Source of the DNA: Eledone cirrhosa
Taxonomy: Eukaryota
Assembly (NCBI GenBank): GCA_964016885.1
Contig: OZ024742.1
Location: 303,676,001 to 303,740,000 of the forward strand
Direction of reading: 5' to 3'
DNA: 64,000 nucleotides
Below are positions 13,019-24,545 of this stretch, piece by piece; the first letter of the stretch is position 1, and every line of letters begins with the position of its first letter. The notes below the pieces were generated by a model, which had not been told where the DNA came from, did not search any database, and was given only the letters and a program-made list of their open reading frames with translations. A program made the position numbers and the translations under genes.

Positions 13019-13826
13019 TTATAAAATAATAGGCGGCTGGACTGGTGTAATTACTTAAAGGTTTATTATTCTATGAAAATGTCAATGACCGGGTTCAGTA
13101 TGTATCCGGTGACATCATCAGTCAGATATTCCGAAATTTAACAAAGGAATATAATAGACACAATCCAAGGGGCTGAAAAAGCAGAGAGATGCCGAAGACG
13201 AGAACGCGGCCAAAAAATTAGCAGTTGCCAGTCCGGTTGGCCGCCCTCAAGTGAGGGAATTACTAAGTCTTGTCATGTCGTTCTGGTAAAGCGCTGTAAG
13301 CTTATAGTGTACTACTACCACCCCGTCATGGACGGAGGCTAGCGGTGGGATCAGGTTGCATAGAAGTTAGTCAGAAGTGCTAAAAAGTGCTAAGAAATAT
13401 ATATATTTTTTTAAATATATATCTTTAACAAAAATATATATATAGTGGGCGCCTGTACAGTAGATTTTTAATTGTAGGGTCAGAAATTACGATTAAAGAT
13501 TAGAAATGTAAAATTTATGTTTAGAATTAAAAGATATAATTTAAGATAAGATTAGAAAAGTAAGATTTAGGCTTAAAGATTGGAGATTTAGTTAAAGAAT
13601 TTTGAATCCGGTCATCGAAATGTTCATAGTATAATAACACTTTAAGGAGTTACACCAGTCCAGCCTCCTGTTATTTTATAATAATTAACTCCGTACTCGC
13701 ACCACCAACAACACAAACGAAGACGGGTGAATTACATTACGTTGAGTGCTCTCCCTAATATTACATCAAGGTTGACTATAACGAATGACCAGTTCTATCC
13801 AGTGCTGAGCCAACAATCCTAAATGT
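13019..13826. mobile_element. Fold-back PLE-derived element (same family as 32531-33048)
   Basis: Arms ~13019-13098 and ~13603-13682. The right arm holds the HHR 3' half (GAAA-tgttca-TA-gtat); the left side carries a degenerate antisense HHR. The tail is homologous to 32908-33048. Confidence 0.75.
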
Positions 13827-13839
13827 ATATATAAATATG

Positions 13840-13872
<33 letters not shown>

Positions 13873-13873
13873 G

Positions 13874-13924
<51 letters not shown>

Positions 13925-13927
<3 letters not shown>

Positions 13928-14050
13928 AAAATAGTCAGACCCCGGCGGCTGAGCTCCAGCCCTTTCGACAATTAGATCCGAACGGCTTACGAACCGGCCG
14001 GAGCTCAGCCGTTGGGGGTCTTGACGGCCCTGACACGTTTCCTATTACCC
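13925..14050. mobile_element. Small GC-rich fold-back element (family also at 41363, 49781, 54591)
   Basis: ggaaaa..gaccccggcggctgagctcc pairs with ggagctcagccgttgggggtc..tttcc. The tail is truncated where the tandem array begins. Confidence 0.7.
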
Positions 14051-15522
14051 ACACCGAGCATTATAGTAAATGTTCGGTGAATCCATACGTATATATATAT
14101 ATATGTGTGCATGTATGTATATATATATACATACTACTGTACGTCTGTATACGTATATGTATGTACGTATACATACGTATATTTAAGTAACAGCCGTACT
14201 AAGAGTGAGAAATGAAATTTTGTTTCATTTTTTCCGTTTATCGTTTTCGGTACCCCGGTCGATTAACTCACTCGATATGCAAATTAGGCTACTCAGCCGT
14301 TAATATGCATAAGGAAAATATATACTTTCAGACGCTCAATCATCTGGCAGGAAGGTATACGTTGCTGACGATAGCTAATAAGCTTGAATCTCGTACAGCG
14401 TTCCTTTGTCAGTGTTGAACAAATGAACAACGATGGTTGCTAGAAACTGTACGGTTTAATTCGGGATTTTTGTTTACAAATACACCGAGCATTATAATAA
14501 CTGTTCGGTGAATCCATACGTACATATATATATGTATGTATGTATATATACATACTACTGTACGTCTGTAAACATATATGTAGGTACGTATACATACTTA
14601 TATTTAAGTAACATCCGTACTAAGAGTGAGAAATGAAATTTCGTTTCATTTTTTCCGTTTATCGTTTTCGGTACCCCGGGAGATTAACTCACTCGATATG
14701 CAAATTAGGCTACTCAGCCGGTATATGCATAAGGAAAATATATACTTTCAGACGCTCAATCATCTGGCAGGGAGGTATACGTTGCTGACGATAGCTAATA
14801 AGCTTGAATCTAGTACAGCGTTCCTTTGTCAGTGTTGAACAAATGAACAACGATGGTTGCTAGAAACTGTACGGTTTAATTCGGGATTTTTGTTTACAGA
14901 CACACCGAGCATTATAATAACTGTTCGGTGAATCCATACGTACATATATATATGTATGTATGTATATATACATACTACTGTACGTCTGTAAACATATATG
15001 TAGGTACGTATACATACTTATATTTAAGTAACATCCGTACTAAGAGTGAGAAATGAAATTTCGTTTCATTTTTTCCGTTTATCGTTTTCGGTACCCCGGG
15101 AGATTAACTCACTCGATATGCAAATTAGGCTACTCAGCCGTTAATATGCATAAGGAAAGTATATACTTTCAGACGTTCAATCATCTGGCAGGAAGGTATA
15201 CGTTGCTGACGATAGCTAATAAGCTTGAAATTAGTACAGCGTTCCTTTGTCAGTGTTGAACAAATGAGCAACGATGGTTGCTAGACACTGTACGGCTTAA
15301 TTCGGGATGTTTGTTTACAAACACACCGAGCATTATAATAAATGTTCGGTGAATCCATACGTACATATATATATGTGTGTGTGCATGTATGTATATATAT
15401 ATATATATATACATACTACTGTACGTCTGTATACATATATGTAGGTACGTATACATACTTATATTTAAGTAACAGCCGTACTAAGAGTGAGAAATGAAAT
15501 TTCTTTCTTTTTTTCCGTTTAT
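14051..15522 (+). repeat. Tandem array (~3.5 x 420 bp) of a hammerhead-containing, non-LTR retrozyme-like monomer
   Basis: Period 420/421 bp. One HHR per unit at 14360-14400, 14780-14820 and 15201-15241. ATGCAAAT at 14277, 14698 and 15118. Confidence 0.88.
15201..15241 (+). ncRNA. Minimal type I hammerhead ribozyme (array unit 3)
   Basis: cgttg-CTGACGA-tagctaataagctt-GAAA-ttag-TA-cagcg. Units 1 and 2 carry GAAT instead of GAAA. Confidence 0.78.
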
Positions 15523-15527
15523 ATATA

Positions 15528-15617
15528 TTTGGGTTTGAAGTTTCACCACTGGATAGAGCTGGTAAATTCCGAATGGTCAATCTTAATGTAATAATATGGA
15601 GAGTACTCTACGTAATT
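15528..15617 (-). mobile_element. Isolated 3' tail of the 13019/32531 family
   Basis: Reverse complement aligns to ~13735-13826 and ~32960-33048. Confidence 0.65.
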
Positions 15618-15938
15618 ATATATATATATGTTGTGTGTGTGTGTATGCGTGCGTGTGATTGTATGCGCGTGGATGTGTATATAAAACCTATGAGAGGAAA
15701 GGAAAGTGATGATATAGTAACAAGTAATTCCTAGCCACGCTTCTTAAACATGTTATATTTTATACTTTCAAAGAACACATCGGTTCTATGCCATACATAA
15801 ACTGATGTTTTTAACACAGAGACACACACACAGACACACACATACACACACACACATACACACACACATACACACACACATATGCACACACAAACACACA
15901 CAAACGCACACATATAAATATATATATATATATTTATA

Positions 15939-16038
15939 TAGGGTGTCTCAAAAAAATGTATACCCACTTTAACATTATTCTAAGGAATATTGCCTGTACA
16001 TGTAATCAAAGTGAGTATACATTTTTTGGGACACCCTG
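15939..16038. mobile_element. Tc1/mariner-type MITE (~100 bp)
   Basis: ~30-bp TIRs agggtgtctcaaaaaaatgtatacccacttt / aaagtgagtatacattttttgggacaccct, flanked by TA. Confidence 0.78.
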
Positions 16039-16076
<38 letters not shown>

Positions 16077-16577
16077 AACACAGATAGACACACTAAACGA
16101 CTGATGGCATTTGCCTAAACTAACTAGTCGTCAGTCATGAACAAAAACTACATTCTTCTTTACATCAATTTCATAATAAACCTGAAAAGAAATAGAAATG
16201 ATCACAGCTTTTTTTTATTGTGCTGAAAACCACAGTGTGAAATGAACTTTAAGAATGCAAGCAACTTTAGCACGCTTATATTGATTTAAAGGTTATTAAT
16301 TAGATTCGTGTAATTAGTGAATAATCATAGAGTTATTATAGCAATGTTCCCTCTCTTTTACAATTAATAACATTACTTTTAACATCAGATGTTTACAGAT
16401 GTCTGATTTTGAGCCAACATATTTGTGGTTTTGAATTTAGACACTTGAATATTCTATTGCTCACTTTTAATCACATGCAGGTTTATTTACAGCTTTCACC
16501 ACAATACGGACGTTTATGAAAATGTTCAAATCTGGAATTCGACAAATCCAGAGGTAATCAGTTTCAACAATAAATTA

Positions 16578-19500
16578 TTTTTTTTTTTTTTAAACAATTT
16601 AATCTTTATTGTGTTGTATCAGATGAAAGAATGGTATTTAACTAATGTATTGGTACGCGATGCCCCCCCCCCACCCACACACCCCACACACACACGGCCC
16701 CGGCGGACAGAATGGAGAAGACGTTTCCCCGGAGGACGGCAAGGGAGACGCGCTGGAAAAGCCACTCCAACTCGCGGGGCTCAAACCTGCGGTTGGCCAG
16801 CTTAGCACATATGGTGGTGAGTAAAGAGGTAGACCTGGGGCCGAGGACACCAGAAGTCTCCACTGCCAGGGGAACGACTGCAAACCTGTCGGAGAGCGAC
16901 CGGTATTTGAGGAGTTTGTCCCCCCAGCCCGACGTGCAGCAGAACCTGGGTCAGTCGCAGACTGCACCAGGTTGCGGCTACAGAAAGTGTCGGTGCAAGT
17001 AGCATCCCAGACGAGGGGTTTGCCACCGCGGAACGGGAAGATGGTCATGCCATCTGGCCTTTTGCCGTCCCCTCGAACCAGCCCCACCGGCTCGAGCTGG
17101 GAAGGAAAGCCTGCAGCGTCCAAGCCATGCTTAATGACCTCGTTGAGGGCAGCATGGCGTGGAATGCGGCCGGCACTGTGGCGACAGGAAAGCGGGTGGA
17201 GGCCGAAAGAGTCCACGGTGGAACCGCAGCGACATTGGTGTGGCTGGCAGATCCGGAGGCCGAGCATCAGGGAAATGACGATTCGCTGGCTATGGTTGTC
17301 TAGCTGCGTGCCAGTGGAGAAGGAGGGCAGGGCATGGAGCCAGGCACCACTGTGGGGTTTGGAGGCCCCACGAAAACAAGCAAGGCGGTGCTGATCGAGC
17401 TGGCGTGTGAGCCTGTCTGAGGTCAGGCTGCGCTGGATGGCATCCCAAATGTGTTGGGGGCACTTGACGTCAACAGGAGGAGAAGGAGGAGGGACGTCTA
17501 CTGGGCTAAGTCCCAGCCGGTCCCACGTCTCACAGACGGCCTCACGTTCTCTGTACACAGAGGGTTCTGTTGTATTTTGAAGAACCCTGCTGACGAGGAC
17601 GCGGCACGAGGTTACCTACGAAAGATACGCCGACAAAGCTAGTGAGATCACGGACCGGAGGCCAAGGCCGCCATACCTAACCGGTACAGTGGCCTGTTGC
17701 CACCCTATGTCGTCAAACTTGACGTTGAATATCCCCTCGGCTGCTGCTCGGATACAAGTACCGAGGTCAGCGAGGAGAGATGTCTGGGTGTAGCATGGAG
17801 CGATGCGGAGTGTATAGAGGAGCTTCGGCATGGCGAAACAGTTCCCCAGTAGAAAGAGAGCTGGGTGGCCGTCAATCAGGCCCAGTCGGCTCGTGAGAGT
17901 CTGGAGCTGTTGAAGCCTGAACCTGATGGTGGAGTGGATGACCGGCAGGTGGATCTGTGACCCGAGGATGAGGACATCCTCTTTTAGGGTCACCTGAACC
18001 TGGCGGAGAATGGATTGCACGTCCAAGACGGAGGCTGAAAAGCTCGCAGCATCAAGGCTGACGTTTACCACCTCCGACTTGGCTGAGTTGACCTGGAGGC
18101 CGATACCCGCCAGGGCAGGATTCACCGATTGAAGGTCTTGGCAGACCGTCCGTACGGGCCCGCCCAATGTAGCATCATCCAGATACCAAACGTTGAGAGT
18201 GGCCGTGTTACTCCGAGCGATGAGATCAATACCTAGGCGAACTGGAGGGGTCCCAAAGGGTAGCCCTGTTGGACCCCAGTAGCCGAGGGTATGACAGTAT
18301 CAGCAGCTACGATCATGCTCGGGGCTCAATATGACAGGTAGGCCAGCGGGTAGGCAGAGGTGGCTCGGCTGCGGCAGGTCTCGAGCAGATGATCCCGGCG
18401 TAAAGGGTTAAAGGCATTCCTCATGTCAAGCTTGACAATGAGGTGCCTGGCGTCCCTGGATGCCGGTACCGATGGGCAGCTGCTGAAGAACTGCCTGATT
18501 GCATGAGTGGCTCCCTCACAGCCACCGGACACGCCGACACCCAGTTGCATCGGACTAACCTCCTCAACCAGTTCATTTGTGACGGACTTGCAGATCACCT
18601 TGGCAGCCAGCCGCCGGAAGACATTGTCCACAGCAATGGGGCGTATGCCACCCTCTTTCTTCCTCAGAGCGGTGAGGCTGGGCGAAAAAAAGAGGCCTCG
18701 GGCGTAAGAGTCGTGGGCACCATGAATTAGCCTATTGGTGAGCGCCACAATTGCTCTCAGAAGGCAGCGCCCGGCCTCAGTGGAGAGGGGGGATGTCAAC
18801 TCCTTGAGGTGGGCTGGTCGGAGACCATCAACACCTCCGTAGCTGCTAGCTGGGAAGGACCTGATGCCGGACATGATATCTGCATCAGTAGCCACAAGGA
18901 GCAGGTGGGGGTCGGGTTGGGGTATGGGTCTGAGATCAGTTGGTGCCTCATGGTGTTTGAGCCGCAGATCAGCCAGGACCTCCTTGGTGGGTTGGAGGAC
19001 AGTGTCCTCTGAGGCAACAACTCTGACTGCGGTCGCGACACCACCATGATAAGCTTTGCGTTTACCTGGTCACGCAAATGCTTGGCGCTTGCCTCGGGGG
19101 TTGAGGATAGGGGGTAGCTGAGGATGGGGTGTATGCCCCCTGGGAACGCTTGGAATGGGCGCTCGCCCAAATGACGAGACATTGGCCTTGACGAAGGCTG
19201 CTATTGACCGGGCGCCCTGGTCAGCGCCAGAGATGGGGAGGTCGAGGGCGAGTGGGGCGAAATAGAACAGCCGCTCCCAGTCACTGGCTCAATTGGAGTC
19301 CATGGTGCTCTCAATCGAGGAAGCGAGTGCATCGGTTATCGGCACCCGTGCCGCTCTCGGGATCCTGAGTGGGATCTTCCGGAGCCGCCTGAGTCGAGCG
19401 ATGTTGACCAGCGAGGCTCGAGCGTCAGTCAAGCTCGCTGTCCCATCTGGTGGTGTGCCAGACGGCCGTGGATGGGAAGACGTGGGGTAGAGGCAGCTCC

Positions 19501-19975
19501 TGCACCTCCACGCTGCGAGGGCATTGGAAGCTCGACGAGTCAAGCCAACGCAGGTGAGGTGGTGGAAGCAGCCGCACCCAAAACAGTTCCGGCCCCTCTT
19601 CCGTTTGTTAGTGGTGCCGCAAGTGCTGCAGGTGTCGATTTGAAGGGGTGAGGTGGGGCGTGGGGAGGGGACTGGGGCACCGAGCTGCATCAGGGGTGGG
19701 TGGATGGCGTGTGTGGGTGGAAGAGAAAGTGCTGGTAAGAGGGCAGCATAGCTCAGCTATATATATGGAGGTGCCAGAAAACGAAAGCGAAAAGGGGCTG
19801 CATGGAGGGGGAGACACAGGAAGGTAGAATGGCAGTAAATGAATGAGTGAATAGATGGATGTACACAAAAAGGGGGGGGGGAACAAGGGGTTGTTCCCAG
19901 CGGAAAGACCCAGAGTTCAGCACGCACACATGCGAGCAACTGAGCAGCTTGTCATAGGACCTAGTGGCTGGCTTC
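16578..19975 (-). mobile_element. CRE-clade non-LTR retrotransposon (PHD finger-RT-restriction-like endonuclease), near full length, disrupted
   Basis: Minus-strand frames give a PHD-like C4HC3 (19289-19690), GGIRPIAV, QLGVGVSGGCE, DMRNAFN, GVQQG, WYLDD, GGLG, CRCG..HPLSC, RH..LN, GKRPDG, WDATC, AVETSG and QRVSLAVLRGN. AATAAA and poly(A) at the 3' end. 5' boundary approximate. Confidence 0.88.
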
Positions 19976-20448
19976 CTCTTGTTAATGGTAGAGTTGTTGT
20001 TGTTAATGACATTGTTGTCGTCGTTGCCTTCCTCTTGTTAATGGTGAAGATATAGAGCGAAATACAAAATCCACCAGCAGACAATTATATAAAAAAAGTA
20101 TCTAGAAATGAAAGTCAACATTTCTGTCTGGGATATAAAGTTTGGTTTTTCATTTTCGCAAACGACGTAACGATATTCTCAATGGACGCGCTTACAATAT
20201 TTGAATATAACTGAACCGTCGTGTCATTTAATTTGAAAAGTGGAGCAAAGTGATAAGCAAAGTGGAGCAAAGTGGATAATAGTGAATTTGGTGTGTCAAT
20301 CCCTTGTGATTTTTTTTTCTTTTTTTTTTTCTCAATACCGGACTTACAGTTTTCCAGGATTTATACTCATTTTTTTTAATCTCCTCATGAAACTTACATT
20401 ACTTAATGATGTTCGTCATCTATGGCTTATTCATATGTATTACTTCAT

Positions 20449-20640
20449 CGGTGGATTGGCAGTATCGGTAGAGGGTCGGACGCCATGCTTTGACGCATAG
20501 AGTTATGGCCCTTGTCATTCTGAGTTCAAATCCCGCCGAGGTTAACTTTGCCTTTCATCCTTACGGGGTCGATAAAATAAAGTACCAGTAATGCACTGGG
20601 TAATTGCTAGCCTTGTGCCAAAAAGTAGAAACAATTATTT
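20449..20640 (+). mobile_element. tRNA-derived SINE, full length
   Basis: A-box TGGCAGTATCGG, B-box GAGTTCAAATCC, central core gcctttcatccttacggggtcgataaaataaagtacc (from memory resembles the MetaSINE domain), ATT tail. Confidence 0.88.
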
Positions 20641-21391
20641 CATAGGAGCGAAATAATATAATGTAACGAGCATGTTCTCTTTGCCCATTCATTCGTTAGA
20701 GAGAAACAGAAAGAGAGAAGGAGAGAGGGGAGAGAGAAAAGAAAAGAGAGTGAGAAGAGAAATAGTGAGAGGGTGATGAGACTATGTGATTGAGACGGTG
20801 TCGCCTTAGTTGTAGTCGTTTGAACAACTATCTAATAAAATCTACTCAGCCCTGCCAACTTCTAAAAATCCAAACGGGGTGTACCGTGAAAACAAGAGAT
20901 TTCACAGAATAAAAGCTATACCCATTTTTTACAAGAGAAGATATCACTCATTCACCACAATGTGGGGGAGAGAGCACCCCGTCGGACGAGAAGAGCTGAC
21001 AGGTCTATGGCTGATAATTTCTAGAAACAGCTCCTTCGTATTTTCTAGAAATATGGATACATTCTAGTTGTTGTTATTGTTGTTGATCATTTCTAGATCA
21101 CCTCTGAACAAGACGATTTATCATAAAAAAAGCTCCAGTTGTGAAATCCTTTGTTTTGTTCCATATTCGTCGCAACTAGAACCACATGAAGTAATATTAT
21201 GTCTCTACCTTAAGATGGGATAATATGATTTTATAAGATATGCTTGCTATTTTAGGAAGATGTGCAACACAGTTGTCACCTTATAAACTCATTCTCTCTA
21301 TAACTGATGTTTTTAACCATAAATTCACTCTTGGGGATTAAACCTGTCAATAAATACATTTCAGTTAAGATCATCACGCTTATATATATAT

Positions 21392-21875
21392 ATATAAGAT
21401 AAAAAGCTTTTTCAGCTTTTGTTTACAAACAGTTGTATTTTTGACTAAGTAAATTAGCCTAATAATTTGGAGTTATAAAGACCCACAGAAAGGGAGAAAT
21501 AAATTAACATTAACCTACATAGGGCACGAACCCACATCTCTAGCTACCATAGCCATTGTGTTACCATTATACTAATACGCAACTCTCACAAATTTCAAAT
21601 TCTCCGCTGTTTATAAACAAAAGCTGAAAAAGCTGTGTATCTTATATTCAAACACTATGATTATATAGCTTCAAATTAAATAGAAATTTATGTGAGTGGC
21701 ATATTAGTATAATGGTAACACACTGGCCATGATAGCCAGAGATATGGGTTCGTGTTCCACGTACGTTAATAATCATTCTTTTTTTTTCCATTTCTGTGAG
21801 TTTTTTATAACTCCAAATCATTAGGCTAATTTACTTAGTCAAAATTACAATGGCGGTACTATTTTCACTATCTAA
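21392..21875. mobile_element. (TA)n-flanked nested inverted-repeat element with a tRNA-like Pol III module
   Basis: 21392-21432 is inverted at 21607-21647, and 21433-21596 is inverted at 21683-21850. The longer arm has A-box TAGTATAATGG, stem ctggc/gccag and B-box-like GGTTCGTGTTCC. Confidence 0.65.
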
Positions 21876-22149
21876 TATATATATATAACATTATTTGCCA
21901 TTGTATCCTTCCTTTCGTTTAAGATAACTTCTTCGATTCGTGAGAATTAGACTGCAATTTCTAATGAGTAGAATGACGGTCTAGAATCTCGTGATGTATA
22001 TTTTGTGTTTTTGTGTAACTATTTCCCAAAAATGTTAAAATAATATACCAACTAGGCACTGGAATCACCATAATCGATGTATCACTCTCGCTCAAATTAC
22101 TGAACTATGAACAAATATTTAGAGATGAAAATTAAGAAAATATGTTGGA

Positions 22150-22430
22150 GGAGCGTTGATTATTCGCTAAGAGGTTAAGTTCTCAAATTCGATTCCCGGC
22201 AGTCGTTAGCAAGACACCTAATTTTCTTTTGCTCCAGACAACACAGCTGGCAAAAATATGTTGGACCTGTAATTCAAAGGGCTAGCCATGCAATACAGTG
22301 TGTCGCCTATTTTACACTGAATACTATATTAAAGGAACACATGCGTGTGGAATGCACAGCCAATTGCACGTTATTTTCCATTTGATTTAATGAAATGAAA
22401 CACTTATCATCAGAAGCGACGGAAACCCAA
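22150..22430 (+). mobile_element. Degenerate SINE of a second family
   Basis: B-box-like ttcgattccc followed by agcaagacacc...gctccag..acagctggcaaaaa. Recognised from memory only. Confidence 0.45.
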
Positions 22431-22501
22431 GAAAAGACATTGTAATTTTGGACATGACTATTTCGGTATGGTATATAACCTATCAAATAATGTTGTTTCT
22501 A

Positions 22502-22608
22502 CCCACCGAGGTTAACTTTACCTTTCATCCTTACGGGGTCGATGAAATAAAGTACCAGTAATACACTGGGTAATTGCTGGCCTTGTGCCAAAAGTAGAAA
22601 CAATTATT
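22502..22608 (+). mobile_element. tRNA-derived SINE, 5'-truncated
   Basis: Near-identical to ~20532-20640. Confidence 0.85.
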
Positions 22609-22673
22609 AAATTGATCATACCAATATGATTGACATTAATTGTCATTACTAAACTGGGTGTATTAAATATAAC

Positions 22674-22859
22674 TGTTTCTACTTTAGGCACAAGGCCAGC
22701 AATTACCCAATGCATTACTGGCACTTTATTGTATCGACCCCGTAAGGATGAAAGGCAAAGTCAACCTCGGCGGGATTTGAACTCAGATCGTAAAGGGACG
22801 TAACTATGCTGGAAAGCATGGTGTCCGACTCTCTACCGATACTGCCAATCCACCGCCCT
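22674..22859 (-). mobile_element. tRNA-derived SINE, full length with TSD
   Basis: Reverse complement of the 20449 family. 19-bp TSD tgggtgtattaaatataac at 22655-22673 and 22860-22878. Confidence 0.92.
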
Positions 22860-24144
22860 TGGGTGTATTAAATATAACATTAGTAAATTCATATAATAAA
22901 ATGTACTTGTAATTGCAGCTACTAAAATGACTAAGCTAAAATATAATTACCGTTACTAAATTGATAATACATTGAGCATATTTAAATATAGTAATCTGGT
23001 ATTGTGAAATTTATCATATCATCAAAATTTATTTATTATTAGTAAACTGATCACTTTAAAATAAATTCGTTAGTATTACTAAACTGACCATACTAAATAA
23101 TTTACATGTCTTAATGTTTAACATACTTATTTTCTACATTTCAAGTGGGTATTTTCATTATTGGTTAAATGTGTATAATTCAGAGTTAATTTTCAATAGC
23201 AAATTATTTGTTGGATTAACAAAAAGTATTAAATATTTCTAGCAAAAAACTAATGTAATCAATTTTACTATAAACATATATATTCTCATAATAAGTGGAG
23301 GCAGGATGCAGATGATAAAACAATGAAAGTCTGTGACGATGTGTACTGACACAATTATATTTAGCATGGAATGAAAGGAATTTCCTAATGACAAAAATGA
23401 TAAATTAAAGGTTCCACTATATCAGTATGTTTTCTTCTTTAAATCGCGTATTACTTTTTACAGCAACGCACTCCGTTGTGAATTAGGTCGAGTTTTTCTT
23501 TGTTTAAATCACTCACTATTAGAACCCTTTAATCTTAATTAGATTGCTTGTGTGCTAAATCTACACTGAATTCCTCCTCAATTATTGCCTTATTACTGCT
23601 ACCATCTTACATTTACATTAATACTTCGACAAGGTCGTTTTTCCTTTATTGTTTGCTTGTTCGTGACTGCATCTCCCTCTCAGGCGTTGCTACTCCTTCT
23701 GTACTTCATAGCCTAGTTTACTAAGCATTATCTTCATTGGTGACATAACGAACTCTTTCCCGGGGCTTTCAACTCAGCTCACTATTGGAACAATAGGTTG
23801 AACCACAGGAAACTACAACCTTAATACATGTGGAACTTTGGAATGGGTCGGGGCGAGAATTTCAGAACGAACACTGGAAGCCAAATCTGAACACATTCTC
23901 TAAGAGATAGATTAGAAAGTAAACAAAAGATGAATACATAAATGAATATATAAATAAAAAGAAATAATTTTAACATGAAAGAAATAAGAATTTTGAATTA
24001 ACGTTAAATAGATATTCACAAAATAAAAAAAAAATGTGTTGTGGTTAGTTTTTAAAGTATTTTACTTGTCGTATCGTACATGTAAGAAAGGAAACACAAC
24101 TTGCTTAAGGACATATATAGAAATGGAAATAAAACTTACAAAAC

Positions 24145-24545
24145 ACTAACAACACCAGCGACACCAACAACGTCAACAACAACAAAAACCGACAACATTC
24201 AAAACAAAACCAATGACGACAACACCATCGACAACACCGACCACAACACCGACAACAACAACACCGACAACAACAACACCAACAACAACAATACCAAGAA
24301 CATCATCGACAATCCCATCGACAACACTGAAAACAATAATATCAACAATAACAACAATGACAACACCAACACTGAGCACAACATCATCGACAACACCATC
24401 GGCCACAACAGCAATGAGAACCACAGCAAAAACAGCAACACCACCACCATCACCACCAACAACAACAACAACCATAACAACAACAGCAACAACAACAGCA
24501 ACATCGACAGCAGCGACATTGGTATTAACAGCAACAGTAATAACA
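24145..24545. repeat. Degenerate (AAC)n trinucleotide repeat
   Basis: aac/acc/gac triplet runs; explains the N-rich and T-rich ORFs here. Confidence 0.85.

Noticed and set aside
19880-19980. Possible 5' HDV-like or twister ribozyme of the CRE element
   Set aside because: Hairpins are present but I could not fit either consensus by eye; it needs an Infernal search.
21698-21768. Functional tRNA gene
   Set aside because: Acceptor and T stems are poor and the anticodon loop differs between the two copies; treated as tRNA-like only.
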